From Thermoproteota archaeon (GTDB lineage Archaea; Korarchaeota; Korarchaeia; Korarchaeales; Korarchaeaceae), in assembly GCA_027491735.1 (NCBI GenBank), contig JAOZGP010000023.1:1-64000 (forward strand): DNA of 64,000 nt. Reading direction: 5' to 3'. The translations under genes were made by a program, and so were the position numbers. Shown here piece after piece: positions 1-9,931 of the stretch; within the stretch, counting starts at the first letter, position 1; each line of letters begins with the position of its first letter. Under the pieces are notes generated by a model. The model saw only the letters and a list, made by a program, of their open reading frames with translations. It made no database searches and had not been told where the DNA came from.

Positions 1-204
1 AGCGGGAGGATGAATCAGGGAGTGGGTTGGAGACTGTTCGTCAGATCAAGTACCCTGCATCGAGCTTCAGGATGGTGAGGTCCTGACTGTACGCTACGAT
101 CGGGCCTTGGCGGTCAAACCAGAGGGAAGGAGTTCTGCTGTGCACCTTCCAACCTCCATGAGGTCTCGTGGCGGAGGTCCTTTTCAGGAGGACAAACTTT
201 TATA

Positions 205-540
205 GTGGCCGAGGAACAGATTCTCCAGATGAACGACATAGTTTCGACTCTTCTGATGGAGGTTGGCTTTCCAGCGGGCCTAGGATTCGTGATAGGGTAC
301 ACACTAAAGAAAATAGCTAAGATAGCCCTTGCGATATTCGGAATATTTCTTCTAGCATTGTACTACCTTCAGATGAGGGGGATTGTGGCCGTAAACACGG
401 AAAAATTGACTGGAGGTCTGAGGAACATAACCGCTTCCGGTCTACAACAGTTCAGCAGCCTCATAAATTTTGTGGTCTCTGGAATACTTCCAGCGGGATC
501 CTTTGTGGCTGGTTTTGCGTTAGGACTCAAGAAGGGATGA
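205..540 (+). CDS. FUN14-family small membrane protein (real start possibly ATG at 229)
   Basis: Motif GLGFVIGYTLKKIAK, then a hydrophobic helix and LYYLQMRGIVAVN, ending GFALGLKKG; typical of prokaryotic FUN14 proteins. Confidence 0.75.
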   Translation: MAEEQILQMNDIVSTLLMEVGFPAGLGFVIGYTLKKIAKIALAIFGIFLLALYYLQMRGIVAVNTEKLTGGLRNITASGLQQFSSLINFVVSGILPAGSFVAGFALGLKKG

Positions 541-616
541 GTTCTGCTTTGTTACCCGCCTCAACTCTCAACAAATCACTTTAAAAGCGATCCTTGAACC
601 ATGCGGTGGTGATCTC

Positions 617-1561
617 ATGAGGGGAGGAAGACTTCTCCACGGCATTGTAGCCCTGACAATCATCGCTGTGATGTGCGCGATCTACCTGTCCTCATCGGGA
701 GGGGTAGAGAAAATAAGAGTCGGGACCCTTCAAGGAGGGGTCTCAACGCTTGACGTTGTTCCGATGGTGGATGATAGGAAGTTGGTCAGCGTTAAGTACT
801 TCGATAAGACTCTGAACTTGGCCCAGGCCTTGGAGAAGGGGGATATAGATGTTGCTGTAATACCTGCGGAGATAGTGGCCAAGCTCGACCAGATGGGGGG
901 AGAGGTCAGGATAGTGGCCGTGGATATGTTTCAAAATCAAGCAATAGTGGTCCACCAGGAGAGCGGGATCGAGGAGCTGAAGGACCTCGTTGGCAGGAAG
1001 GTTGGTGTCTTCACGCCAACGGGCACCTATGCCATGTTCAGAACCTACATGACCTTAAGGAGAATACCGCTGGATGGAATGGTCCTTGTTGATAAACCCC
1101 CAGCTCAGCTCGTCCAGGCATTTCAGAGCGGGGAAGTGGATGCAATCGTGATCTGGGAGCCCTTCGTCTCCAAGCTTCTCTGCTCCGGAGGAAGAGTTCT
1201 GGAGAGCTTTTCCTCTCTTGGACAGAACCTCACGGGAAGGAAGCCTGTGATGATAGTCTACGCGGCCTCCAACAAGGCTGTTAGGGAGAAGAGATCTGCT
1301 TTAAGAGAACTGATCAAGCTCAGGATCGAGGCTGCGAAATTCTGGGCCAACAACAGGAACAAAGTAGTTGAGATCCTAACGAAAAAGTACGATCTGACGG
1401 AGGAGGAGGCGAACAGTGTCTACAACCGGGTGGATATCTGGAGGGGAGGCCTGACAAAGGACCTCGAGGAGAACATAATGACGGTCTGGAAACTCGCTTG
1501 GAGGGGGGGCTACCTAAAGAAAGATCCCTCGAACCTTGAGTGGGCTTTCCTGAATCCGTAG
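617..1561 (+). CDS. NitT/TauT/SsuA-type ABC transporter substrate-binding protein
   Basis: N-terminal anchor, ALEKGDIDVAV, DLVGRKVGV, GEVDAIVIWEPF motifs; directly upstream of a permease and ATPase. Confidence 0.85.
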   Translation: MRGGRLLHGIVALTIIAVMCAIYLSSSGGVEKIRVGTLQGGVSTLDVVPMVDDRKLVSVKYFDKTLNLAQALEKGDIDVAVIPAEIVAKLDQMGGEVRIVAVDMFQNQAIVVHQESGIEELKDLVGRKVGVFTPTGTYAMFRTYMTLRRIPLDGMVLVDKPPAQLVQAFQSGEVDAIVIWEPFVSKLLCSGGRVLESFSSLGQNLTGRKPVMIVYAASNKAVREKRSALRELIKLRIEAAKFWANNRNKVVEILTKKYDLTEEEANSVYNRVDIWRGGLTKDLEENIMTVWKLAWRGGYLKKDPSNLEWAFLNP

Positions 1562-1565
1562 GAGG

Positions 1566-2312
1566 GTGTCTGCCATAGAGGATCTCAGAGGTTGGGCGGT
1601 GGTGATCTCCCTTTCCTTCATTGGATGGGAAGCGCTCAGCCTGTGGAATCCCAGATTCATACCGGACCCAGCAGGCGTTGTGATCTACCTCCTCAGCACA
1701 GATCCCAGAGAACTGCTCGGTAACATGGCCATAACGATATCCAACTCCACTCAGGGGTTCTTCCTGGGTTCTCTCCTTGGAATCGGACTGATCTGTTTGT
1801 CCTACTTCAGCGACCTTCTTAGGTCCTCGATAAGAGTTCTCAACACGGTCGTCCAGAGCATTTCGGTGTTGGTCTGGACGATAATATTCGTCATGGTGTT
1901 CGGGGTCCTGAGCTTCATACCATCGGTTCTGGTCACGGCCATGGTCGTCCTGCCCGTTGTGCTCTCAAACCTGATAACCTCTATGGAGGCTGTGGATGAG
2001 AAGCTTCTCGATCTGACCTTTTTGCTGGGAGCCAGCAGGAAGGACGAGCTTGTGGACGTGATACTTCCCTCCAGCCTCCCCTATTTGGCCTCAGCAGCTA
2101 GGGTGGGTTATGGTCTTGCTCTGAGAATAAGCGTTGTTGCTGAAGCCTTCGGGAGCAGCGGAGGGATAGGGTTCATGATAGTTCACTGCTACAACCTGAT
2201 GGACCCAAAGGGGGTTTTCGCCTGGTCCCTCTTCCTGGTGGTCCTGATGATATTCGTGGATAAGCTGGTCTTCAAACCTCTGGAGAGGTACGCCATGAGA
2301 TGGAAGCTGTGA
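1566..2312 (+). CDS. NitT/TauT-type ABC transporter permease
   Basis: About 6 TM segments, LGAS...VILPSSLPYL...RVG...VVAEAFG..GGIG signature. Confidence 0.85.
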   Translation: MSAIEDLRGWAVVISLSFIGWEALSLWNPRFIPDPAGVVIYLLSTDPRELLGNMAITISNSTQGFFLGSLLGIGLICLSYFSDLLRSSIRVLNTVVQSISVLVWTIIFVMVFGVLSFIPSVLVTAMVVLPVVLSNLITSMEAVDEKLLDLTFLLGASRKDELVDVILPSSLPYLASAARVGYGLALRISVVAEAFGSSGGIGFMIVHCYNLMDPKGVFAWSLFLVVLMIFVDKLVFKPLERYAMRWKL

Positions 2313-2965
2313 TAGTGGAGAAAGTCACGAAGAGCTTCGATGAAAAGCTTGTGCTGGACAGGATATCCTTTTCTGTGGAGAGAGGAGAGTTTCTGGCTAT
2401 TGTTGGGCCTAATGGGTCCGGGAAGACTACTCTCCTCAGAGTGATAGCCGGCGTGTTAAAACCTGACTTCGGTAGGGTGGAGGTCCGAGGAAGCATAGGA
2501 GTGGTTCCACAGGAGAACCTCCTCCTTCCCTGGAAGAAGATAGGCTCGAACATAGAGCTTGGACTGAAGTTCCGCAGGGTTCCTGAGGAGGAGAGGAGGG
2601 ACAAGGTCAGAAAGATGGCATCCTTCCTCGGAATAGAGGAATATCTGGATCTCTATCCATGGAAGGTGAGCGGAGGGATCGCCAGGAAGTCTGCTATAGC
2701 GCGGGCTCTGGTGCTCGACCCTGACATACTTCTACTGGACGAACCGCTTACAGGTCTGGACATCTCCTCCAGGGAAAACCTGACAGAATCCCTGACAAAG
2801 CTGAGGGGAAAGATAACCGTGATCCTGGTCACCCACAGCATGGAGGAGGTATTCACATTGGCCGACAGGGTTGTCATGCTCACTCCAAGACCGGCTAGAG
2901 TGGCTTCAGTGTTCAGAACCGGTGAGATAAGCGAGAGAGATCTCAAAGACTTCCTGATGGGATGA
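2300..2965 (+). CDS. NitT/TauT-type ABC transporter ATP-binding protein
   Basis: Walker A GPNGSGKTT, LLLPW, Walker B LLLDEP, VTH, DRVVMLTPRPA. Confidence 0.9.
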   Translation: MEAVIVEKVTKSFDEKLVLDRISFSVERGEFLAIVGPNGSGKTTLLRVIAGVLKPDFGRVEVRGSIGVVPQENLLLPWKKIGSNIELGLKFRRVPEEERRDKVRKMASFLGIEEYLDLYPWKVSGGIARKSAIARALVLDPDILLLDEPLTGLDISSRENLTESLTKLRGKITVILVTHSMEEVFTLADRVVMLTPRPARVASVFRTGEISERDLKDFLMG

Positions 2966-3064
2966 TCACACCAAATCAGAGGTTGAGATGTCCTTGAGGA
3001 TTATGGCTGCAGAGGATGGGCGAATCAACGGGCCTACAGGCGATCTCCACGTCTCAGGTGTTGC

Positions 3065-3970
3065 TCACAGATAGCTCAGTATGGGTCCTAACCCGGCCAG
3101 AATGCCGACGAGAAGGTTCATGTTGAACACGTCTGGTACCATCCTCAGGTTCCTCAGGACCATGAGATCTCCTCCGAGGGAGAGGATTGAAGCCAGCACA
3201 GCGGATGGGACGGCCACGAACTTAAGTGGACACCTGAAGGAACCTTCTATCAGGAGGATCGCGGACATGAGGTGCATGACCAGAGATGCCAGCACGGCCC
3301 TTCTCGATCCCAGTCTGCTGGGCAGGCTCCCCAGCCCGAACCTTCTGTCAAAGTCCTCATCCATTATGGAATATACAACATCGACCCCGGCTATCCACAG
3401 AGACACGGCCACAGCGTAGTCCCATGGGACCTTGGCGAGAGCATCCATCAGACTAAAGGCAGCCCCACCGTAGGCTCCTATCGCTCCCCCCATTACCGAG
3501 AGACCTAGAACAGCTCCCAGGTGTAGGTGAGGAAGGCAGTGCAATCTCTTAGCGTAGGGATAGCTCATTGCCACCAAGTAAACGACAGGACTCAAAGCAA
3601 AGGCATAGAAGTTGAGAAGATATGCAGATATGAAGAAAATCGAGCTTCCAAGCACTACAACAATCCAGGCTTCCTTCTTCGTCACAGATCCGGTTATCAA
3701 AGGACGATTTCTTGTTCTGGGGTTCATCCCGTCTATCTTCAGATCAGCTATGTTGTTGTAGGCCACGGAGGCGGTCCTCAATCCGAAGAGCGCTGTGAAT
3801 ATGAGAAGGCAGATCCAGAGATCAGGAACGCTTTTGATGGCCAGAAAAGCCCCCACATAGGCAAAAGGAAGACTGAACACCATATGCTCAATTCTTATAA
3901 GCCTGAGGTAAGCTTTGATCTTCCCTCTTCCATCTCTTCCAGGATCCCAGGCCGGGGCCTCAGAGTCCAT
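3065..3970 (-). CDS. UbiA-family prenyltransferase (4-hydroxybenzoate polyprenyltransferase-like / MqnP-like)
   Basis: IEHMVFSLPFAY, N..AD..ID..NPRT..RPL, YPYAKR and DVVYSIMD..FD Asp-rich motifs; overlaps the UbiD gene. Confidence 0.85.
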   Translation of the reverse strand: MDSEAPAWDPGRDGRGKIKAYLRLIRIEHMVFSLPFAYVGAFLAIKSVPDLWICLLIFTALFGLRTASVAYNNIADLKIDGMNPRTRNRPLITGSVTKKEAWIVVVLGSSIFFISAYLLNFYAFALSPVVYLVAMSYPYAKRLHCLPHLHLGAVLGLSVMGGAIGAYGGAAFSLMDALAKVPWDYAVAVSLWIAGVDVVYSIMDEDFDRRFGLGSLPSRLGSRRAVLASLVMHLMSAILLIEGSFRCPLKFVAVPSAVLASILSLGGDLMVLRNLRMVPDVFNMNLLVGILAGLGPILSYL

Positions 3971-5396
3971 ATTCGTTCCACCTCCGGTCGACGAGTCTTA
4001 CGGTCTCCTCATCTGGCTCAACCTCCTCGGGCCACTCAGCACCGTACTCCTCCTTAAACTTCCTGGTTGCGTCCACCCCCATCTTGCTTCCATACCCGGG
4101 GGTCGATGTCGTGTGATCTATCTGATCGTTGGCCGCCCCCTCCACTATAAGAACGTCCCTTCTGGGATCGACCGTTGAAGCTATGGCGTAGAGGACCTGA
4201 TTCATGTTATGGACGTTCACGTCTTCATCGACCACCACTATGATCCTCGTGAGGCTGAACTGTCCGAGACCCCAGAGTCCCATGATGACCTTCTTGGCGT
4301 GCCCAGGGAACATCTTCCTTATTGACACCACAGCGATGCCCTGAAACATCCCGTGAACAGGAAAATTCACGTCCACAACCTCTGGGAGCAGCATTCTTAT
4401 CAACGGCAGGAAGACTCTTTCCACAGCTTTTCCTATCCAAGCGTCCTCAAGGGGAGGCTTACCCACTACTGTTGCGTGAAGGATCGGACGTTCCCTGCAG
4501 GTTATCCTCTCTATATGCATCACGGAGAAGTAACTGGGAGGCGTGTAATATCCCCAGTGGTCTCCGAATGGACCCTCTAGTTCTACATTGTCCGGCCTCA
4601 CATAACCCTCTATGAGCAGCTCAGCCCTCGCTGGCACAAGGATCTCGTCCTCAGTTACCTTCATCATCTCTATTCCTCCTCCAGCCACAAGGCTGGCGAA
4701 CAGCAGCTTATCCATTGGATAGGGAACGGGGGCTACTCCTGTGAAAGCTGTAGCTGGATCAGCTCCAACAGCTATCACCACGTGTAGCTTGTCCTTCCCC
4801 GCACGCTTACAGTTCTCCAGAAATATGGGGGAGTTCTTGTGGACCTGCCAGTGAATAACAGCCCTTCTTCCACTTTTTATCTGAATCCTATAGACACCTA
4901 TGTCCTGAATGCCTGTTTCCGGATCCCTTGTGAAGACCAGAGGATATGTGAGATACCTCCCTCCATCCTTCGGCCAGGTCTTCAGGGCGGGCACCTCATC
5001 CATTGAGGAGAGCTCAACGTCCCTCACCGGACCTCGAGAGACGATCTTAGGAATGAACTTCCTCATAGACATAAGCTTGCTCAGGGCTCTAACCTTCTTT
5101 CCGAGCCCACCCATGGGTCTCATGGCCAGAATCTCCGTGAGCTTCTCCCCTATTGACTCGAGACTCTCCACACCAAAGGCCACCCTGAAAAACTCCATCC
5201 CACCGAATATGTTTCCGACTATCCTCCAGTCGGGAAAGCCCCTTATCCTCTCAAAGAGAACGGCGTTTCCTCCTCTATACATCTGCCTTCTCAGGATCTC
5301 AGCGACCTCCAGGTGAGGATCAACTTCGACCTTGACCCTGCTGAGCATCCCTCTGGAGTCGAGAGAGGAGAGGTACTCCCTCAGGTCAGCGTGCAT
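3960..5396 (-). CDS. UbiD-family prFMN-dependent decarboxylase (menaquinone biosynthesis, MqnL-like)
   Basis: WPKDGGRY, GVYRIQ, EGPFGDHWGYY, VGKPPLED, GSKMGVDATRK motifs. Confidence 0.9.
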   Translation of the reverse strand: MHADLREYLSSLDSRGMLSRVKVEVDPHLEVAEILRRQMYRGGNAVLFERIRGFPDWRIVGNIFGGMEFFRVAFGVESLESIGEKLTEILAMRPMGGLGKKVRALSKLMSMRKFIPKIVSRGPVRDVELSSMDEVPALKTWPKDGGRYLTYPLVFTRDPETGIQDIGVYRIQIKSGRRAVIHWQVHKNSPIFLENCKRAGKDKLHVVIAVGADPATAFTGVAPVPYPMDKLLFASLVAGGGIEMMKVTEDEILVPARAELLIEGYVRPDNVELEGPFGDHWGYYTPPSYFSVMHIERITCRERPILHATVVGKPPLEDAWIGKAVERVFLPLIRMLLPEVVDVNFPVHGMFQGIAVVSIRKMFPGHAKKVIMGLWGLGQFSLTRIIVVVDEDVNVHNMNQVLYAIASTVDPRRDVLIVEGAANDQIDHTTSTPGYGSKMGVDATRKFKEEYGAEWPEEVEPDEETVRLVDRRWNEYGL

Positions 5397-5478
5397 AAGA
5401 GAGAGTACCTCCTCTTCCTTAAGATGATTACCTGTTCGTCGGTCCGGGGATTTTTTATTCCGGTGAAGTGATGTCGTT

Positions 5479-7707
5479 GTGATGGATCCGACCGAGGTCC
5501 TCGTGAAGATAGCAAGGGAGGCCAGGAAGAGCTGGGAGAGAAGGGTTGTTGTGCTCAGGGGATATGAACCCTCACAGCTGGCTCCCTTCCTCAGGCTTCT
5601 CTCATCGGAGAGAAGGGTAAAAGTTCTTTATGCTGGAACCAGAGAGGACAGCAGACTTGAACACGAGAAAGCCCTATCCATGGAGAACGTTGATCTAGAG
5701 GCCATAGACATGGATGATTCGACCAAGATCTTGGGCAAGACCTATGACCTCCTCATAATGGACGTCTCCAAACAGTTCCGTCCCAACGACCTCGGGGCCC
5801 TTGTGGAGACTGTCGGAGGGGGAGGTCTGATCCTCATAACCCTACCCGAGGACTGGACCGAGAGGTTGACTCTATTTCAGAGAAACCTAATCTCCCCGCC
5901 ATACGCGTCTGGGGATGTGAGACAGACCTTCAAGAAGAGGTTCCTGTCCAGCTTGGGCGTTCCCGGGATATGGTTGATGACCAAGGACTCAGTCGTTGGC
6001 ATCAAGAGGATTGAGAAGCACGAACTTCCGAGCAGGATGGAATTGGATGATCCTGTTGAAAGTCTGGTTATGTCGGAGGACCAGCTTCGAGTTCTCAGGA
6101 CGATTCGAGCTGCTGCTTCCTCCAGGTCGAGGCAAGCGATCGTGATAACGGCAAACAGGGGGAGGGGCAAGTCAGCTGCTCTAGGTCTGGCGATATCTCA
6201 GCTCCTAGGGCAGAGATTGGTCAAGACGATTGGGGTCACCTCAGCCTCTATAGATGGAGTTCAGGTTCTGTTCGACTTCATAAAGAGGGGTCTTGAATCC
6301 CAAGGCATAAGATATAGCGAGGTCAGGCGAGATGACAACGTTGTCTCCATAATGGCCAGGGGGAGGGTCGTCTTCTATAGATCCCCTCTTTCAATGTCCG
6401 AACTGAAGATAAGAACCAAGGTCGTGGACGAAGCAGCCACGATACCCGTACACCTGCTTTTAAGGATTGTGAGAAGGAGTAAGTTGTCCCTTTCTGCTAC
6501 CACAGTCCACGGTTACGAGGGGTCGGGAAGGGGATTCACGATGAAGTTCCTCTCCTACCTGGAAAGGGCCAAGGACATCGACTTCAGGAGGCTTGAGATG
6601 ACGACTCCGATAAGGTATCCAGAGAATGACCCAGTGGAGAGGTGGCTCTATGACCTTCTCCTGCTCGATGCGGAACCAGCCGATATAGATGAAATAGGGG
6701 AACTGGAGTACGTGAAGATGGATCCCGAAAGCGTGGACGAGGAGATGCTGAGGGAGTTCTATGGAATATACGTCTTAGCCCACTACAGAAATAGACCGAA
6801 CGACTTGGCCACGATGCTGGAAGCCCCCCACCACCACATGAGAGCCCTTCTCACGGGAGGCAAGGTGGTGGCATCAGCACAGATATGTGAGGAGGGGAGG
6901 TTGACAAGGAACCTCGTTGAGAACATCCTCAGGAGGGAGGAAAGTCCTCCGGGCCACATGATACCATCGAGGATAGCGGTTCACTATGGATACAAGTCTT
7001 TCTCTAAGCTCTGGGGGTGGAGGATAGTCAGGATAGCGGTCCATCCAAGGTTCCAGAGGAAGGGTATCGGGTCCAGAATGCTGGAGTTCATCTTCCAGGA
7101 AGCTGAAAGAGAGGGAGTCGACTGGATTGGAGCTAGCTTCGGCGCCTCTCCAGACCTGATAAACTTCTGGATGAAGAACGGGTTTGTACCAGTGCATCTG
7201 AGTCCTCAGAGAAACAACTCATCTGGTGAGTACAGTCTGTTCGTGCTGAAGCCCCTGAGTGGGAGGGCCAGGGAGCTCATACATGAGCTCAACCTCGAGC
7301 TCAGGAATAGGATACTGGAGTCAGCCCACGACGTGTACTTCGACATGAACCCGGAGATCCTGAGGCAGCTTCTATCCTTCCCCAAAACTAGGGGGGAGCT
7401 GAAGCTCAGACAATCCCAGAAGATCAGACTGAAGGACTACCTCCGGGACCTGAGCACCTACGAGATGGCGTCCGATGCCATAAGAAGGCTCCTCATAACC
7501 TACCTTCTCACATCAGACGGAGTGGACCCCAAGCTCGTCAGGGTGCTCCTGGCCAAGAACCTGCAGGGAAAACCCTGGTCCTCGGTGATGAGGCTCGCCA
7601 GGGTGAAAAACCTAAATGACGCCCTGGCATTCATAAAGGACTGCGTCAGGCAGATGTACTCGACTGTGTCTGGTGGGGATGATAGACGGAATGCTAATGA
7701 ACCCTAG
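5479..7707 (+). CDS. tmcA: tRNA(Met)/RNA cytidine acetyltransferase TmcA (Nat10 homologue)
   Basis: TANRGRGKSAALG, VDEAATIP, TTVHGYEGSGRGF, PIRYP.NDPVE.WL, AHYRNRPNDL, GNAT RIVRIAVHP..QRKGIGS. Confidence 0.93.
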   Translation: MMDPTEVLVKIAREARKSWERRVVVLRGYEPSQLAPFLRLLSSERRVKVLYAGTREDSRLEHEKALSMENVDLEAIDMDDSTKILGKTYDLLIMDVSKQFRPNDLGALVETVGGGGLILITLPEDWTERLTLFQRNLISPPYASGDVRQTFKKRFLSSLGVPGIWLMTKDSVVGIKRIEKHELPSRMELDDPVESLVMSEDQLRVLRTIRAAASSRSRQAIVITANRGRGKSAALGLAISQLLGQRLVKTIGVTSASIDGVQVLFDFIKRGLESQGIRYSEVRRDDNVVSIMARGRVVFYRSPLSMSELKIRTKVVDEAATIPVHLLLRIVRRSKLSLSATTVHGYEGSGRGFTMKFLSYLERAKDIDFRRLEMTTPIRYPENDPVERWLYDLLLLDAEPADIDEIGELEYVKMDPESVDEEMLREFYGIYVLAHYRNRPNDLATMLEAPHHHMRALLTGGKVVASAQICEEGRLTRNLVENILRREESPPGHMIPSRIAVHYGYKSFSKLWGWRIVRIAVHPRFQRKGIGSRMLEFIFQEAEREGVDWIGASFGASPDLINFWMKNGFVPVHLSPQRNNSSGEYSLFVLKPLSGRARELIHELNLELRNRILESAHDVYFDMNPEILRQLLSFPKTRGELKLRQSQKIRLKDYLRDLSTYEMASDAIRRLLITYLLTSDGVDPKLVRVLLAKNLQGKPWSSVMRLARVKNLNDALAFIKDCVRQMYSTVSGGDDRRNANEP

Positions 7708-7760
7708 GCCCATCGTCGATCATCCTTTTATATCCATCCTGAACAAGCTTCACAGAGAAC

Positions 7761-9152
7761 ATGAAGAAACTGTCCTCTTTGATGTTTCTCATGCTTCTGA
7801 TCGCGCCCATGCACCTCAGCGCAGGTAGATGCCCTCTGGGAGGGAACAACCCTCCTGTAGCATCAATAACCAGCTATACAGTTTCTCCGGATGGCCGCAG
7901 GGTCACCTTCAACCTGAAGTTCAGCGATCCGGACGGGGACTCCATAGTAAGCTGGTACTTCGATTTTGGGGACGGGAAGATCGAGAACAAAACGACAGCT
8001 CCTCCACACACCTTAGCTCATACCTACAAACACTTCGGCTCGTACGACGTGGTTTTCAGGGTTAAGGACAAGTTCGGAGCTTGGTCGAGGCCCTACAAGG
8101 AGACAATATGGGTCTCTCCATCTAACATGCCTCCAAAAGCCGTCATAGAGTACATAGGACCTAACCCGGCAATCGTGGGACAGGCGGTAACCTTCAAAGG
8201 ATACGGTGTTGACCCGAACGGCTACTCCATAAAGTCCTGGATGTGGGACTTCGACGATGGTGGAAAGGCAGAGGGGAGGGGATCAGAATCTCAGGTGACC
8301 CACTCCTTCTCCAAGCCTGGCGTCTACATAGTCAGGTTTGCTGTCAAAAACTCCAAGGACAAGTGGTCCACGTGGGACGTCGTGGCCGTGAGGGTTGTCA
8401 CCGTGGAACAACAGAAAAACGTACCCCCGACTATCCAGGGACTTGTCTTCTCTCCTCAGAATCCGAAGGTCAACGATGAGGTGAAGTTCACGGTCTCTGC
8501 TATGGATCAGGACGGCGAGATCAAATATGCTCTCTGGAGCTTCGGTGACGGAACCACCCAGAGGGACGGTGTGAGGGTTACCCACAGATATATCCAGTCG
8601 GGAACGTACATGGTCTCCGTGAGGGTGGTCGACGACGGAGGAGCCACCTCAGAAACCTTCACGATCAAGGTGACTGTGACGGGGAACAAACCTCCAGCAG
8701 CAACAATTCTTGATCTGAGGATCAACGGACTGAACGTATCTCTGAACGGGATAGGCTCCGATCCAGATGGCCAGGCGGTCAAGTTCAGGGTGGACTGGGG
8801 TGATGGTCGGGTGACTGAGGGAGAGCTCAAGGGCAATGGCGTGCCCACGGGATTGCTGAAGCACACGTACGAGGTCTCAGGAAACTACACCCTGAAGTTC
8901 GCTGTGATGGACGATCAGGGAGCATGGTCCCAACCAGTCATCAGGAGCGTCTTGATCAAGAATGTGAAGAATCTCAACCAGACAAGCCTGCTGGGCATAC
9001 TGGCCGCCGCCTTGGCGGGAACTGTGGCTGTGGCCCTGGCGTTTGTTGTCAGAAGGGGAAGTTCTGGGTTGAAAAGAGCCAAAAAGGCGAAATTCTGGGC
9101 GAAGAAGAGGAAGTTTGGGAAGTTCAGAGTGAGAGGATCATATTCACGGTGA
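7761..9152 (+). CDS. Surface protein with about 4 PKD/Ig-like domains, signal peptide and C-terminal membrane anchor
   Basis: Repeated N.PP...DPDG...W.FGDG...H.Y..G.Y.V motifs; C-terminal hydrophobic helix followed by a basic tail. Confidence 0.85.
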   Translation: MKKLSSLMFLMLLIAPMHLSAGRCPLGGNNPPVASITSYTVSPDGRRVTFNLKFSDPDGDSIVSWYFDFGDGKIENKTTAPPHTLAHTYKHFGSYDVVFRVKDKFGAWSRPYKETIWVSPSNMPPKAVIEYIGPNPAIVGQAVTFKGYGVDPNGYSIKSWMWDFDDGGKAEGRGSESQVTHSFSKPGVYIVRFAVKNSKDKWSTWDVVAVRVVTVEQQKNVPPTIQGLVFSPQNPKVNDEVKFTVSAMDQDGEIKYALWSFGDGTTQRDGVRVTHRYIQSGTYMVSVRVVDDGGATSETFTIKVTVTGNKPPAATILDLRINGLNVSLNGIGSDPDGQAVKFRVDWGDGRVTEGELKGNGVPTGLLKHTYEVSGNYTLKFAVMDDQGAWSQPVIRSVLIKNVKNLNQTSLLGILAAALAGTVAVALAFVVRRGSSGLKRAKKAKFWAKKRKFGKFRVRGSYSR

Positions 9153-9804
9153 TCAGACCGTCCTTCTCCTTAGCTATCCTGAGCTCGGGCAGATCTCTGT
9201 CCCTGAGCAGCTTTATGGCCCACTTCCTGACTTTCTCCACTTGAGACGGATCCTCCACCTCTACGTCGAAGGATATAATCTCATATCTGAGCGCAGAGAA
9301 GGAATCCATCAGCTCCTTTATCGCTCCATCCAGATCCTTCAGCTGCTCCTCAACATCCGCTCCCATCAGATGACGTAGAGGCTTTAGCCCAACGACGTAG
9401 AGAAAACCCTCCTTGACCTTTATGTCAGCACCTCTCTCGGTCCTGTATCTCTGTATAAGGAGCTTTCTCTTAAGAGATTTCTTGGAGTACTCCTCCATAC
9501 TTTTTTTGAGAACGTTTTCAGCCCACTTTCGTCCTATTGGATAGGAAAGCGCTATGCTTGCAACTGCTGCCACTATCCAGATTCCCAAAAGGAACTTAAC
9601 CTGGTTCATTATGAGCTCGGAGCTCAGGAGAACAGCCGGCTTAAAGGCTATCTGAAAAACCCAATACATAAGATAGCCCATTACCACCATTGTGACTGCT
9701 AAGAAGGATATCTCCATGGTCTGCTCTACGTACTTCTTTCTGGTGCTCCGCACGAGGTCATCTTTTATCTTGCTGACGAGATAGTCCTCCTCCCAGTCAG
9801 ACAT
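9124..9804 (-). CDS. Hypothetical membrane protein (2 TM segments plus soluble C-terminal domain)
   Basis: Long ORF with normal codon usage; start placed at MSDWEE (9804) so it does not overlap the divergent gene. Confidence 0.6.
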   Translation of the reverse strand: MSDWEEDYLVSKIKDDLVRSTRKKYVEQTMEISFLAVTMVVMGYLMYWVFQIAFKPAVLLSSELIMNQVKFLLGIWIVAAVASIALSYPIGRKWAENVLKKSMEEYSKKSLKRKLLIQRYRTERGADIKVKEGFLYVVGLKPLRHLMGADVEEQLKDLDGAIKELMDSFSALRYEIISFDVEVEDPSQVEKVRKWAIKLLRDRDLPELRIAKEKDGLITVNMILSL

Positions 9805-9931
9805 CGTTCTATTATTACCTGTGCGACCTTTTAATGTTATCCATCCGGCACTCCAGCTGACATCAGCGATGCACAAGCCCAGTCATCAACAAATTTTTAA
9901 GGTGATCCTTCGGGGAAGCTTAGGTGTGCCG

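Noticed and set aside
1-200. Possible structured RNA at the window start
   Set aside because: No match to SRP, RNase P or tRNA features that I can recognise, and upstream context is missing.
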